Below are positions 13,414 through 27,387 of a stretch of DNA of 64,000 nt, one piece after another (the stretch's first letter is position 1; each line of letters starts with the position of its first letter). Source of the DNA: Octopus vulgaris (lineage: Eukaryota); NCBI GenBank assembly GCA_951406725.2, contig OX597826.1, positions 11,346,001 to 11,410,000 of the forward strand, given 5' to 3'. The notes under the pieces were generated by a model, which made no database searches, was not told the origin of the DNA, and worked only from the letters and a program-made list of their open reading frames with translations. Made by a program: the position numbers and the translations under genes.

Positions 13414-13633
13414 TATATGCATGTATATATACATATATAATTAGGTATGTACATATATGTATGTATATATGAATAGAAATTCATAAACCCTTTAATGTAT
13501 GGCTACTTACATTTCAACAAACTGCATTCTTTAGTTGTTGCATTCTCCATCCCTAGGATATTACAAATATGATTTGCATTGCTATGCACAATGTTTCTGT
13601 CCGTCTGTCTGTCTGTGTGTCTGTCTGTGTGTG

Positions 13634-13664
<31 letters not shown>

Positions 13665-13698
13665 GTATATATATATATATATATATATATACATACAT

Positions 13699-13794
<96 letters not shown>

Positions 13795-14049
13795 AATAGC
13801 GACGACAGAAGCAGTACTGGATACCAAATGGTAATCTTGATCTCCAAGTTAACGTGGGGCGTTATTTTTGAACACAGGGCAGTGGGTTAATTACTTTGAG
13901 AGAAACTCTCAAATAAACCTGCTCGTTATTTGTGACACGAGTGCCTGTATGAAGACAGAGATATTCAATGCAAAGTTGACCAGAGATTCGGCTGCCATGT
14001 CACTGTTGGGCATGTCATTGGGAAGTCAATACACAGGTAAAATCACGTG

Positions 14050-14236
14050 ATCTGGACACAGTTATGGGTGGGGGTGAAAGAGAGGGAGACAGAGAAAATC
14101 CTGGTTTGGCAACATCAAGGATTAGAGAAGTCACAACACTGCAAACCTTCTACGCATGACAGGGAACAGAGGCCAATGGTGACGGCTGACTACGAAAGTG
14201 TCTAGAGTGACATCCCTACAACTGGCTGCATCAGCA
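14050..14236 (+). mobile_element. RTE-clade LINE 3' end fragment
   Basis: RKSWFGNIKD...LLRMTGNRGQW; paralogous to 14731-14910. Confidence 0.7.
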
Positions 14237-14280
14237 TTTCCGGAGGCCGTAGCAAACGGTTTTTGTCTGTTAATGATATA

Positions 14281-14507
14281 AGGCGGCGAGTTGGCAGAAA
14301 CGTTAGCACACCGGGCGAAATGCCTAGCGGTATTTCGTCTGCCGCTACGTTCTGAGTTCAAATTCCGCCGAGGTCGACTTTGCCTTTCATCCTTTCGGGG
14401 TCGATTAAATAAGTACCAGTTAAGCACTGGAGTCGATGTAATCGACTTAATCCCTTTGTCTGTCCTTGTTTGTCCCCTCTGTGTTAAGCCCATTGTGGGT
14501 AATAAAG
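14281..14507 (+). mobile_element. SINE family B, full length (Meta-domain-like body)
   Basis: GGCGGCGAG head, B box GAGTTCAAATTCC, GCCTTTCATCCTTTCGGGGTCGA body. Confidence 0.88.
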
Positions 14508-14519
14508 ACACAGATATAA

Positions 14520-14912
14520 GCACGAGTGCTTTTATGCACCACGATCCATATGTGCTTCAGAGGGCAGGTAGACATCTCGTACACAGAGCACAAAGCGAGC
14601 AGCTTTGTGAAGCAGCAAGTCAACAAATATGCTGACGAGCAGGAACCACACCTTGCACAAGTAAAAAGACGAAAGCTTGGCGGATACGGTTACGTGTCTC
14701 GCTACACTTCCCTACCTCAAACCATTTTTCTGGGCACAGTTGTGGGAGGGTGAAAGACAGGCGGACAGAGAAAATCCTGGTTTGACAACATCAAGGATTG
14801 GACAGGTCACAACACTGCAGACCTTCTACGCATGACAGGGAACAGAGACCAATGGTGACGGCTGACTAAGAAAGCGTCTAGAGTGACACCCCAACAACTG
14901 GCTACATCAGTT
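14520..14912 (+). mobile_element. RTE-clade LINE 3' end
   Basis: VKRRKLGGYGYVSR...TIFLGTVVGG*KTGGQRKSWFDNIKDWTG is typical of RTE C-termini. Confidence 0.78.
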
Positions 14913-14950
14913 AAACGATCTTGATTACGATATTTATACATTTACATCCG

Positions 14951-15040
<90 letters not shown>

Positions 15041-15069
15041 GCTAGCTAGCTAGCTAGCTAGCTATCTAT

Positions 15070-15235
15070 AGGCGTAGGAGTGGCTGTGTGGTAAGTAGCT
15101 AGCTCACGAACCACATGGTTCCGGCTTCAGTCCCACTGCATAGCACCTTGGGCAAATGTCTTCTACTATAGCCTCGGGCCGATCAAGGCCTTGTGAGTGG
15201 ATTTGGTTGACGGAAACTGAAAGAAGCCCGTCGTA

Positions 15236-15302
<67 letters not shown>

Positions 15303-15509
15303 ATGTGTTTGTGTGTCAGTGTTTGTCCCCCGAACATCGCTTGACAACCGATGCTGGTACGTTTACGTCTCCGTATCTTAGCGGTTCGGCAAAAGAGACC
15401 GATATAATAAGTAGTAGGCTTACAAAGAATAAGTCCCGGGGTCGATTTGCTCGACTAAAGGCGGTGCTCCAGCATGGCCGCAGTCACATGACAGAAACAA
15501 GTAAAAGAG

Positions 15510-15510
<1 letters not shown>
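15070..15510 (+). mobile_element. SINE family A inside a (TATC)n array (14950-15752)
   Basis: Full family A copy flanked on both sides by (TATC)n. Confidence 0.88.
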
Positions 15511-15557
<47 letters not shown>

Positions 15558-15558
15558 C

Positions 15559-15589
<31 letters not shown>

Positions 15590-15601
15590 CATCTATCTAT
15601 C

Positions 15602-15753
<152 letters not shown>

Positions 15754-16289
15754 ATTGCGTATGAAGGATCCTGGAATTTTCTCTAATATCGTTTTCATGC
15801 GAGAGTTTTCTTAAATGTGTCATACGCTTAATTTTTTTCAGTAGATGAATTAACTTTATGAGCGAAGTGAAATTACTGAAGCTCGGAATGAAAAACGCTA
15901 TTGTAAACTTTACTTGCACCGCGGTTAATTTCTACTTGAGGAAAACTCTTAGTAGTCATTCGAGGACTACTAAGAGCAAGTAAGATTATGGCAAATCATA
16001 CACAATAGGCTTAAAGAATATTATATAAATTCGATAATATGTTTCTGGATACACAGAAAGATTGGACAGTAAATACGGGTGCATTTTTGGTAACACTGCA
16101 ACTCAATTTAAATTTTCTTTGTCTTTGGTCTGTAAGTGTTATTTCCTATTTGCTTCTATCAAACCAAAGGAAATGACTACTTTTCCCTTCCAACTTTGCT
16201 TTTCTGACCTGGACATAAATGTTGTGAAACTGACCTATTTTCCATTACATTTCAGACAGATTCAGCGTTGAGTTGCTGAAGCAGAAATA

Positions 16290-16460
16290 TCGTTATCGCA
16301 AATATTCACACCACAGATTCGCTTGACAGTTACTTGACCTTATCCTGTTGAGCATGTCCGTTTTGTGGTTGACAATCATGTGCATCTCTGATCATGGACA
16401 GGAGTAGCGAAGGAGCATGATAGCCATGTGTTGAGAAGGATTCTTTGGGGTTTGAATAAG
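16290..16460 (+). mobile_element. Fragment of unclassified repeat family E
   Basis: Matches the reverse complement of about 35170-35340. Confidence 0.7.
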
Positions 16461-16485
16461 TGTAGGAAAAGCAAAATTTGAAGGT

Positions 16486-16890
16486 ACTCTCTTTACTCTT
16501 TTACTTGTTTCAGTCATTTGACTGCGGCCATGCTGGAGTACCGCCTTTAGTCGAGCAAATCGACCCCGGGACTTATTCTTTGTAAGCCCAGTACTTATTC
16601 TATCGGTCTCTTTTGCTGAACCGCTAAGTGACGGGGATGTAAACACACCAGCATCGGTTGTCAAGCAATGCTAGGGGGGCAAACGCAAACACACAAACAC
16701 ACACATACATATATATATATACATATATACGACGGGCTTCTTTTCAGTTTCCGTCTATCAAATCCACTCACAAGGCTTTGGTCGGCCCGGGGCTATACCA
16801 GAAGACACTTGCCTAATGTGCCACGCAGTGGGACTGAACCAGGAACCATGTGGTTGGTTAGCAAGCTACTTACCACACAGCCACTCCTGC
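16486..16890 (-). mobile_element. SINE family A, full length
   Basis: Family A match. Confidence 0.88.
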
Positions 16891-17079
16891 TTTTTAAACT
16901 TTCTGGTGTGTGGGGGATAAACAAATAGGAAATACCAGTTGCTGCTCAAGGGCCAAAATCGTGTTACAGAGTGAAATAGATATCATCGTTAAGCGTTGAT
17001 GTTATTGGTAAACAACATACAAATAAATTTATCAACAACGACACCAATAGTTTTATATCTGTTTGCATATTATAGTATA

Positions 17080-17427
17080 CTAGCAGTATCGCCCGGCGTT
17101 GCTCGGGTTTGTAAGGGAAATAACTATATAAGCATTTTTAGAGATGTAAAGTATAATAGCCATCTCAATATGGCTAACCACAAAGGGGGGTGTTACTGTA
17201 GCTTTTTACGTTCTGAGTAATACATTTTTAGAGAGTTACTTCCTTTATATAATAGCAAAAAATGCATTAAAAATGGGAAAAAATTAAGGTTAATACCCAG
17301 AAGGGCTCGATATGAATCACGACTATAAGATACCCGCTTTTGGTTACACTGCATCGCAAAATGTGGGAGTAGTTAGGAATCTAAATCGTAGGAGACAGAC
17401 ACACAACTTTAGTTTTATATATAAAGA
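17080..17427 (-). mobile_element. Non-autonomous Helitron
   Basis: Minus strand starts A|TC and ends CTAG|T, with GC hairpin CCCGAGCAACGCCGGG just upstream of CTAG; no TSD. Confidence 0.85.
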
Positions 17428-17889
17428 TTTATATAATAATTCTTATTAGGATACAATAAATCTTATTTTTGCAGAGAAAATAAAAGTCGTTTAGCTACAT
17501 TTTCTTAATGTATTAGAAAAGAAAAACATGGTTTACATCCATTCGTGTGATAATTATTTCAGGTATGAACAATATTGTATTGAAATAAATTAATGATTGT
17601 ATATGATAAATAATTTAGCTACGGAGAATAATATTGCCATTGGAGACTAGGCTGTAATTAGGTTTCACAAAGTTCCTGAAACAAATTGCTATGCACGTGG
17701 GTTAGATTGAATGCGAGGAAAATAGTTCATAAAATGTCAAAATCATTTCTGTTTCACTGAAATGCTGAATCCCTAAGGCCTGCATCAGGGTTTCCGTTAA
17801 GGATTGACGGCATTTTGTTGATGTGGATTAATATAGAGAGAACAATGAATGAGAATTGATTTTTATGCTATTCTATTACAACTGGTTGG

Positions 17890-17925
17890 ACACACACACA
17901 CACACACTCGCACACGCGCACACAC

Positions 17926-17984
<59 letters not shown>

Positions 17985-17999
17985 CACACAAAGACACAT

Positions 18000-18057
<58 letters not shown>

Positions 18058-18165
18058 GCACTAACACACACACACACATACACACACACACACACACAAC
18101 ACACACACACACAAACACACATACAAACACTCACACACAAACACACACACACACACACACACAAA
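17890..18165. repeat. (CA)n microsatellite
   Basis: Seen directly. Confidence 0.95.
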
Positions 18166-18940
18166 CGCGCGCGTTAACACGATACAAGGAAAGAGCTGTG
18201 GTGGTGGTAGGAAATCGTTGCAATCTCAAAGGTACCATTACAGCATACGTTTAAATGTGCTCCTACTATGACAAATATACACAAACAAAGACCTATAAAA
18301 GCTACAGAGTAAAACAAGAGCAGAAATATCCAGTCACGCAGGTATACACACGTTGAAGTGCTGTGTATATTAACATGAATACAGGAAGAAGCAATACGGA
18401 CAAAATTGCAAACACTGATGTTCATAAAAGCGCTTAAATACACACTCAGAGACACGGGTAGAAGTATTACTGAGAGAGATGGCGAGAGAGAGAGAGGGTG
18501 GAAGAAGGAGAGGAGGAGAGAGATGCCTTGAGAAAGAGAAAGAGAAAGAGAGTTAGAGAGATGGAAAAAGAGATGGGCAAAGAGATAGAAGAAAGAAAAA
18601 TATATATATGCATACAAATAAGCAGATTATTTAAGAGCATATTTAAACAGATCAGACACTCTTTCTCATTTCCCGTACACACCGACACACAAACACATGA
18701 ACACACGCATGTTTATACAGAAGTTTACAATTTAACATGTTGCTTTGATATTCTGATAACCCAACACCAGCCGTAGAGTTTTGTTTCCTTCTTAGAGAAT
18801 TGCTTGTATTTATTTCAATTCTCTATGTGGGAAGAATGCTAATACAAATTGACCGCTTTACATATATGCATACATGCATACATACATACATACATACATA
18901 CATACATACATACATACATACATACATACATACATACATA

Positions 18941-19390
18941 CGTGGTGGCTGTCCCTTCGTTATCGAGTATGGCCATTGCGCGAAGCTTAATCAATGTTCC
19001 TATCGTGCAATGCCTTTGCAAGAAGATTTTTTTAAAGTGAGGAAAGGCTGTGCACTGAGTCAATCCCACTCACTAAGCAACAGCAGCCATAATCCGAAAA
19101 GAAGAACAAGTCAACATCATCGGTAATCACTGAGCCACAGGTTTTATGTTGGAGTTATTCCAGTCACCTGAGTTACCTTCTCCTAGAAGGATGCCCTAAC
19201 AAAGGCTAGGAGTCCCTTACTTCCAATGGTTTAACAGCGCGATCGGGTATTCAGTCCGATTATTTCTATGTCCCCGCGCATGATACCGCCTTAAGACATT
19301 TATTGGATGGCCGTTGACTCTCAAGAGTTCCTCCGCCCTTTGACGGGTTTTCTTTTTCATCCCGCAGGGAGTCCAATAAACACCCTCCTA
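18941..19390 (-). mobile_element. Non-autonomous RTE derivative (5' UTR joined to 3' tail)
   Basis: CCCGTCAAAGGGCGGAGGAACTCTTGAGAGTCAACGGCCATCC resembles RTE/BovB 5' UTRs; ends CGATAACGAAGGGACAGCCACCACG into (TATG)n. Confidence 0.6.
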
Positions 19391-19504
19391 CATATACATA
19401 TACATATATACATATATATATATATGTATGTATGTATATGTATATGTATGTATGTTTGTATGTATGTATGTATGTATGTATGTATGTATGTATGTATGTA
19501 TGTA

Positions 19505-19714
19505 TGTCTTTGAGTCTGTTTATCCTCCCATTATCGTTCCACTACCGATGTTGGTGTAATTGAACCCCCGTAACTTAGCAGTTCGGAAAAAGAGACAGAT
19601 AAAGTAAGTACTAGGCTTACGAAGAATAAGTCCTGGGGTCGATTTGTTCGACTAAAAGCGGTGCTCCAGCATGGCCGCAGTCAAACGACTGAAACAAATA
19701 AAAGAATAAAAGAA
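19505..19714 (+). mobile_element. SINE family A, 3' half
   Basis: Family A match. Confidence 0.8.
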
Positions 19715-20304
19715 TAGTTAGACAACGAAAATGTACACTGAAAGTATATTCTGGAATATTTTCTTCCTGATTAGGCAGGGAGAGAGCCATTTGAGGAAGT
19801 TGTGAATGATTCAGTCATCTTCCAGTAAATTACCACTGGTAGTTATTTGATTAAATGTCTGATCAAAGAATGCTGACTCAAGTTCAGTTCTGAGTTCCTC
19901 ACCACTATAACAAAAATCGATAAACCACCATAAAAGTAAATAAAAAAACACTTGGTCTGTTGCAAAAATTTGAAAAATTCTAGTGAGTTTGACAAACATA
20001 TTTTGGTGTTTGTTGAATAATTGAAAACATGTTTATCGATATTTTCTGTAATATTTTTTGGTGTAATATAAAATAAGTTACTATAAATGTTTTGGTAAAA
20101 TATAAAATTGTTATGTAAGTGCATAAAAGATATAAATGTTTGGAAAACCTTGGAGCAATGCAGCTGAGAATTTAGACAAAATGCATACAGTTTTGTCAGT
20201 TATGTTAATAAATGAAAGCCACGACAAAAAATACTGTATTACTTTACATAAACTGTTTAATGGTGTTATCGTGTTTCGCGTAAGATTATCTTTTACATTA
20301 AAGC

Positions 20305-20490
20305 AAGAAAATGAGTTACTTATAATATTCGGGAAAAACAATGTTCTTACATTATTTCGGTTAAGATTCTCCTTTTCAAATAAAAGAAACAAAATGAGTT
20401 ACTTATAATATTCGGGAAAGACAATGTTCTTACATTATTTCGGTTAAGATTCTCCTTTTCAAATAAAAGAAACAAAATGAGATACTTACC
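20305..20490. repeat. Tandem duplication, 83 bp unit x2.2
   Basis: ATGAG(T/A)TACTTA recurs at 20311, 20394 and 20477. Confidence 0.9.
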
Positions 20491-21136
20491 GTTCTCTTAA
20501 GAGGTAATTCAATTTAATTCAAGCGCATAGTCCATTTTTTTAATTCCCATTACTGTTTTCTATATAATATTTTCCCGTCTTCTATAGAGCTCGCTGTTCT
20601 GTTAGTTAAGCATTATTTGAGATTGAAAGATTAGTCTGTTTTGTAAGTCATAGACTTACTTCCATCAATTTAGTACCAATGAAAATCTTACGTCCATCCA
20701 CTTCCGCCGCTGTGAACCATCGTTCCAACAGTGTCAATAAAATGCTCACTTCTGCACAAGTAAAGTACTAACATGTTTTGATACCTTTTGATATTTTCTA
20801 CCAAACTAATCAGTCGATAAAATTTCATAACCAAGACAGCCTACAGATGGACGCCAAGCGACGGAATATTCCCTTTCATTTTCCTGCTCATTATCAGCCA
20901 CTAGATTTCTATCTTCCTCATTGCTCCTTGCTGGTTACTACACAAAGACCCATTTACACAGTCTTTGCATACTCCTTTTAACAGGCGTTTGGACGTTCTG
21001 TATAATCTAAATAACCAATGCATTTTCTTCTTTTGACAATGAAGAAATTATCGTTGTTAAAAGTCTTTCCAAAAATATCCTAAGTGTTTCCTACCATATG
21101 TATGTGGTATTTTTTCTGCTTCTTTTCTCTTATTCC

Positions 21137-21170
21137 TTTCTGTTGAAGAGCGTCGGCTCGAAACGTAAAA
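21137..21170 (+). ncRNA. Minimal type I hammerhead-like motif in a short element (about 21085-21261)
   Basis: TTT-CTGTTGA-A-GAGC-gtcg-GCTC-GAAACGT-A-AAA. Confidence 0.55.
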
Positions 21171-21267
21171 TTTAAAAAAATTTCCCGAGCGTCAAATTAA
21201 CACACCTGCTTGTTATTCATACACCTGTCTTCGTCTTTTGTTTTTTTATAAATTTCAACTATATATA

Positions 21268-21404
21268 AGGTTGTCCCAAAAGTTTGTAGAAAGTCTTGGA
21301 AAATAATGGTCTTTATTTTGAGGAATAATTTTTGTTGTTTTTGTTAGTACTTGGCGAGTAAAAATTCAATTTTCGCAAGTGTTTACGAACTTTTGGGACA
21401 ACCT
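21268..21404. mobile_element. Tc1/mariner-type MITE
   Basis: TIRs AGGTTGTCCCAAAAGTT / AACTTTTGGGACAACCT, TA on the left flank. Confidence 0.85.
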
Positions 21405-21808
21405 AATATTTCAAGAAATATATTAAAACGGACTAATTATGCATTAGCTACCCACAAATACTAGTTAAAGGAAATACAGTAACTTATACATAACTACTGA
21501 AAGTTACCATCATAGAATATGTATGTGAACGACATTTTATGCACAACGTCATACGAGGTAAATCATGAAAATAATAGCATTTTGAAATCTACTAACGATA
21601 TGTATGCATTAAAAGTCAAGCGATCTTTCGACCACATTCTATGAGTTTTAGCGCGAGAAGTACACATGCAACAACATGTGTATACCACCAAACTAGAGTG
21701 TGAGTTCTAAACTAATTATTTTATTGACATTTTAGTATTTTAGTGTAGTACACACATTCACACATGCATAGATACATAGATACATACATACATAAATGAC
21801 GTCAACAA

Positions 21809-21887
<79 letters not shown>

Positions 21888-21910
21888 GTATATATATATA
21901 TATATGTATG

Positions 21911-21950
<40 letters not shown>

Positions 21951-21955
<5 letters not shown>

Positions 21956-22182
21956 CTTTCACCACAAATTTCTCTCACTCTTTCTTCCTGTTTCTGTTGT
22001 ACCTGTATTTCAAAGGGGTCAGCCTTGTCACACTCTGTGTCACGCTGAATCTCCCCGAGAACTAAGTTAAGTGTACAGGTGTCTGTGGAGTGCTCAGCCA
22101 CATGCACGTTAATTTCACGAGTAAGCTGTTCCGTTGGTCGGATCAACTGGAACCCTCGTCGTCGTAACTGACGGAGTGCCAC
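21951..22182 (+). mobile_element. 5'-truncated SINE: family C body with tail 2
   Basis: Starts with family C CTCTTTCACCACAAATTTCTCTCACTC; tail matches 61105-61290. Confidence 0.78.
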
Positions 22183-22184
22183 GA

Positions 22185-22252
<68 letters not shown>

Positions 22253-22253
<1 letters not shown>

Positions 22254-22770
22254 TAGCAGTATCGCCCGGCGTTGCTCGGGTTTGTAAGGGAAATAACTAT
22301 ATAAGCATTTTTAGAGAGTTACTTCCCTTATAGATGCCAATTCGGGCTTTCTTAGCCATTTCTGTTTTGGTGTCTTCAAGCCATGAAGTCGTTGTTCTAA
22401 AAGAACGCTGGTCTCCTTGACAACGCTTTACGACGTTGATTTCCTTACACTCCCTTCCCCACAGCTTCACGAGGGAGGGAAGAAGGGGGAGAAGCAAGCA
22501 GGTGCAGGTGTGACCATGGACGCCAACTCCGCCGCCATCGACACACGAAAAATTATGCATTAAAATGGAATAAAAAAATGATGTTAAATTATTTTAAAAA
22601 TCGTAGACACATCGTAGACGCGCGCTAATACTCAGACGGGCTTGATATGAATCACGACTATAAGATACCCGAATTTGGTTAAACTGCACCGCAAAATGTG
22701 GGAGTAGTTAGGAATCTAAATCGAAGGGGACAGACACTCACACAACTACAGTTTTATATATATATATATA
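22253..22770 (-). mobile_element. Non-autonomous Helitron, same ends as 17080-17427
   Basis: Identical CTAG end and hairpin; different internal segment. Confidence 0.85.
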
Positions 22771-23225
22771 TGTACTAACACACACGTATATACGAAACAA
22801 CGATGAAGATATCAGTATAACAGAAGTCTAATAATTTCATAGCAGTTATACATTTATACTCACACGAGCACACACTTACACACAAATATATGTAAATTAC
22901 AGTATATCTACTTATATTTAATCAATCTACAATCCGGTACTCTTTATAATCCGTAATGTAGGATAAATTGAATGCGTACTGAAATACTGGAGGCTTTGAT
23001 GTGGCCAATATTTTAGAATCAGTGCCCAAGCATAGCCACAGTTCGACGACCGGAATCAGTAAAAATAAAAAAAAGTAGGGAATATATCTGAAATATCTAT
23101 AATTCCACCTGTGTATGTATAAATTTTGGGAATTGGGGTATCACTACCTTCCATGTATATCGCTTATTTAGTATTGAGGATCATGCATATATATATGCAC
23201 ACACACGCATGCATGTATACATACA

Positions 23226-23256
<31 letters not shown>

Positions 23257-23305
23257 GTGTATACACATGCACACTGACGCAAACGTGTGTGTGTATATAT
23301 ATATA

Positions 23306-23860
<555 letters not shown>

Positions 23861-23872
23861 AAAAAAAAAAAA

Positions 23873-23904
<32 letters not shown>

Positions 23905-24250
23905 ATCTTGCTAAGTGTATTATAAGTGTGTCAGGATATAACCAATTATATATAACTAAATACCTTCTGCAAATAAAGAAACACTTCATTAAAATGATTC
24001 TTAGGAAGTTATAAGATATCATATTGGCGCTCAGCTCTGGGTTCATAATTACCTATAGGACAAATGAAGGTATTTACGTAGCGACTGTCCTTTTGTCTTC
24101 CATCTATTAATTAAAATTACCCTCAAAACTGACATGGTGGCTTACTGTGTAATATAAGTATATTGAGTTGTAAAAACTGGCTGTTAGTATAGATATGCCT
24201 AAGCGGGATCATACGTGCATATACACACATAAGCACACACGCTTACATAA

Positions 24251-24316
<66 letters not shown>

Positions 24317-24319
<3 letters not shown>

Positions 24320-24704
24320 CGCAGGAGTGGCTGTGTGGTAAGTAGCTTGTTTACCAACCACATGGTTCCGGGTTCAGTTCCACTGCGTGGCACCTTGGGC
24401 AAGTGTCTTCCACTATAGCCTCGGGCCGACCAAAGCCCTGTGAGTGGATTTGGTAGACGGAAACTGAAAGAAGCCCGTCGTATATATGTATATATATATG
24501 AGTGTGTGTGTGTCTATGTTTGTGCCCCTAGCATTGTGTGTCTGTGTTTATGTCCCCGTTACTTAGCGGTTCGGCAAAAGAGACCGATAGAATAAGTACT
24601 GGGCTTACAAAAGAATAAGTCCCGGGATCGAGTTGCTCGATTAAAGGCGGTGCTCCAGCATGGCCGCAGTCAAGTGACTGAAACAAGTAAAAGAGTAAAA
24701 GAGT
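24317..24704 (+). mobile_element. SINE family A, full length, young
   Basis: Intact head GGCGCAGGAGTGGCTGTGTGG...GGTTCAGTTCC and (AGTAAAAG)n tail. Confidence 0.9.
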
Positions 24705-25777
24705 ATATACTTATATATATAAAGTATACACACACATATATGCAGTTGTATGCGCGTATATGTACGTCTGTTTATGTATGTATGTGTGTTTCTGAATGAC
24801 TTGAACAGGTTTTGAATTCAGAACATACTAGAAGAAATCTGTGTGTCTTTAATGAATTTTCTGCCGTACAGCACTGTGTTGTCCAATTGCAACAACCTGA
24901 TAGGATTACTAATGGCAATACGAATAAATTCCGTTTTGACTTTTGTATATCTTTACAGTGTTAGACATTATCAACAAAAATCATAAATGATATTCCAGCA
25001 ACGTGTTTGTATAGAGACATTTATTTCAGCAGCGATGTTGCAGGGGCCTGTAGTTTACCTATGGACATAAAGATTTCAGTTTGATAGGCTGTATTGCAAT
25101 TGTTGGTCTTGTCGTTGTTGTTGTTGCTGCTACTGTTGTTGTTGTTGTTGCTTCTGCTGCTGCTTGTATTGATCACAATAGCGAAGATGAAGGAACTGTC
25201 ATTGTTATTATTGCTGATGGTAGTGTAATGATATATTAATAGAGGCGATTATGTTGTGATGGTCAAAGTATACAAATAAAATAACAGTGTCAGAAACTTA
25301 CACACATACACGCACACACACACACACACACACACACGTACGCGCCTGCACAGACAAACACACACACACACAAATATATATATGTATATACACACACGCA
25401 CATGTAAGTGTATGTGTGTGTGTCTCTTTAATGAAGTGGAGAAAAGGAAGCGAAGCGCATGTGTGAAAAATGGCCGCGTCATTCGTCTGCATTCGACGAC
25501 TGGCATATTAATAGAAATCTCTTTCTGCCAACAACTGCGACGAGTATTGTTAGAAAGCTTCGTCAGTTTTGAAAGTATTCTGGCCATGTTACTCACTGCT
25601 GGCTCTCTTCATGATGGCAGCTGCCAAAGACAACATTCACATGATATGTTTCTTGTTAACTGAATCAGTTAATCTTGTTTTCCTTATTGCAGTCGAATGA
25701 TCGGCTTATCAAGCCGGTTTTTCCAAAGCGTTTATATACCCTTTGGTTAGGTGTTATTCCTTGCAGTTGAGACTTAC

Positions 25778-25826
25778 CATTATTTGACACTTTCTGTTTT
25801 TGTTATTCTCATGAAGAAATATTTTT
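25778..25826 (-). other. Candidate 49-nt exon of an unidentified gene
   Basis: Long pyrimidine tract, CAAG/CAG tandem acceptor, donor ATG|GTAAGT; one open frame KIFLHENNKNRKCQIM. Confidence 0.35.
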
Positions 25827-26149
25827 CTGCTTGCGGAAGGGTAAAAGGAAAAGTGAAGCGAATGAAAGAAAGCGGAAAGTAAAGAGAAAACGTGAACGAG
25901 AAGAATGAATCGTTAAGAATGAAGAATGATGTGGGGGGGAGGTGGGGGGGGGAAGAAGAAGATAAATAAAAGGAAGCGTAGAGTATGAAAAGCAGAGAAG
26001 ACACGTGATTTAACTATCTACTGATATTATGTTTATTATTTATGTGATACTTGTTTTAAATGATCCAGAAAATACGTCGCAGAATATTTATATTTAGCAA
26101 CATTGCATATATAACATATTTGCTTTATATGCATGAATATTTGTATAAA

Positions 26150-26790
26150 TATACACACATGCATATACATGTACATACATACATACATACATACATGCAT
26201 GCATGCATACATACATACATACATACATACATACATACATACACACATGCATACATGCATACATACATAGATACATGCATGCATACATACATACATACAT
26301 GCATACATACATACATACATATATACATACATGCATACATACATACATACATACATGCATACATGCATACACACATACATACATACATACATACATACAT
26401 ACATGCATACATGCATACACACATACATGCATACATACATACATACATACATGCATACATGCATACACACATACATGCATACATACATACATACATGCAT
26501 ACATGCATACATACATAGATACATGCATGCATACATACATACATGCATACATACATACATACATACATGCATACATGCATACACACATACATGCATACAT
26601 ACATACATACATACATGCATACATGCATACACACATACATGCATACATACATACATACATACATGCATACATGCATACATACATACATACGTTCATACAA
26701 ACATACACACATACATACACACATGCATACATACATACATACATGCATGCATACATACATGCATACATGCATACATACATACATACGTAT
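26150..26790. repeat. (ATAC)n/(ATGC) microsatellite with higher-order units
   Basis: Recurrent ACATGCATACATGCATACAC blocks. Confidence 0.95.
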
Positions 26791-26854
26791 ACAGACGTAC
26801 TCTTTTGCTATATGTATATGAGTGTGTGTCTGTGTGTGTATACATGTGTATGTG

Positions 26855-26913
<59 letters not shown>

Positions 26914-27083
26914 TAAATGAAAAACGGAAGATGGAGTATACGAAAATTTATTAACCACGACAATTGTTTCGACACATCTAGCACCGATTCCTCATATACC
27001 TTACGATCACTGTGAAAGTGACCGTGCTTTGCCAGTAAGCTACCAGGTGTAAACCATTCGATTGATTATCCTATATATATATG

Positions 27084-27117
<34 letters not shown>

Positions 27118-27134
27118 CGTGTATATATACATAC

Positions 27135-27191
<57 letters not shown>

Positions 27192-27268
27192 GTAATAGAG
27201 CATATGTCGATGTATATATGTTTGTGTGTATGTATAATGTGTATGTGTGTATATATAATATTTGTATG

Positions 27269-27350
<82 letters not shown>

Positions 27351-27387
27351 CCTATCTCTCTCTCTATGATTCTGAGTGTTGTGATTT

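Noticed and set aside
20484-20490. Minus-strand splice donor G|GTAAGT
   Set aside because: No good acceptor or open frame upstream; the region may be a decayed transposon.
25521-25558. Pre-miRNA hairpin
   Set aside because: Stem is only about 11 bp with a bulge and does not extend; I recognised no known mature miRNA.
26036-26958. Long YVCM/HTYI ORFs, and similar ones across the window
   Set aside because: Stop-free microsatellite frames on both strands.
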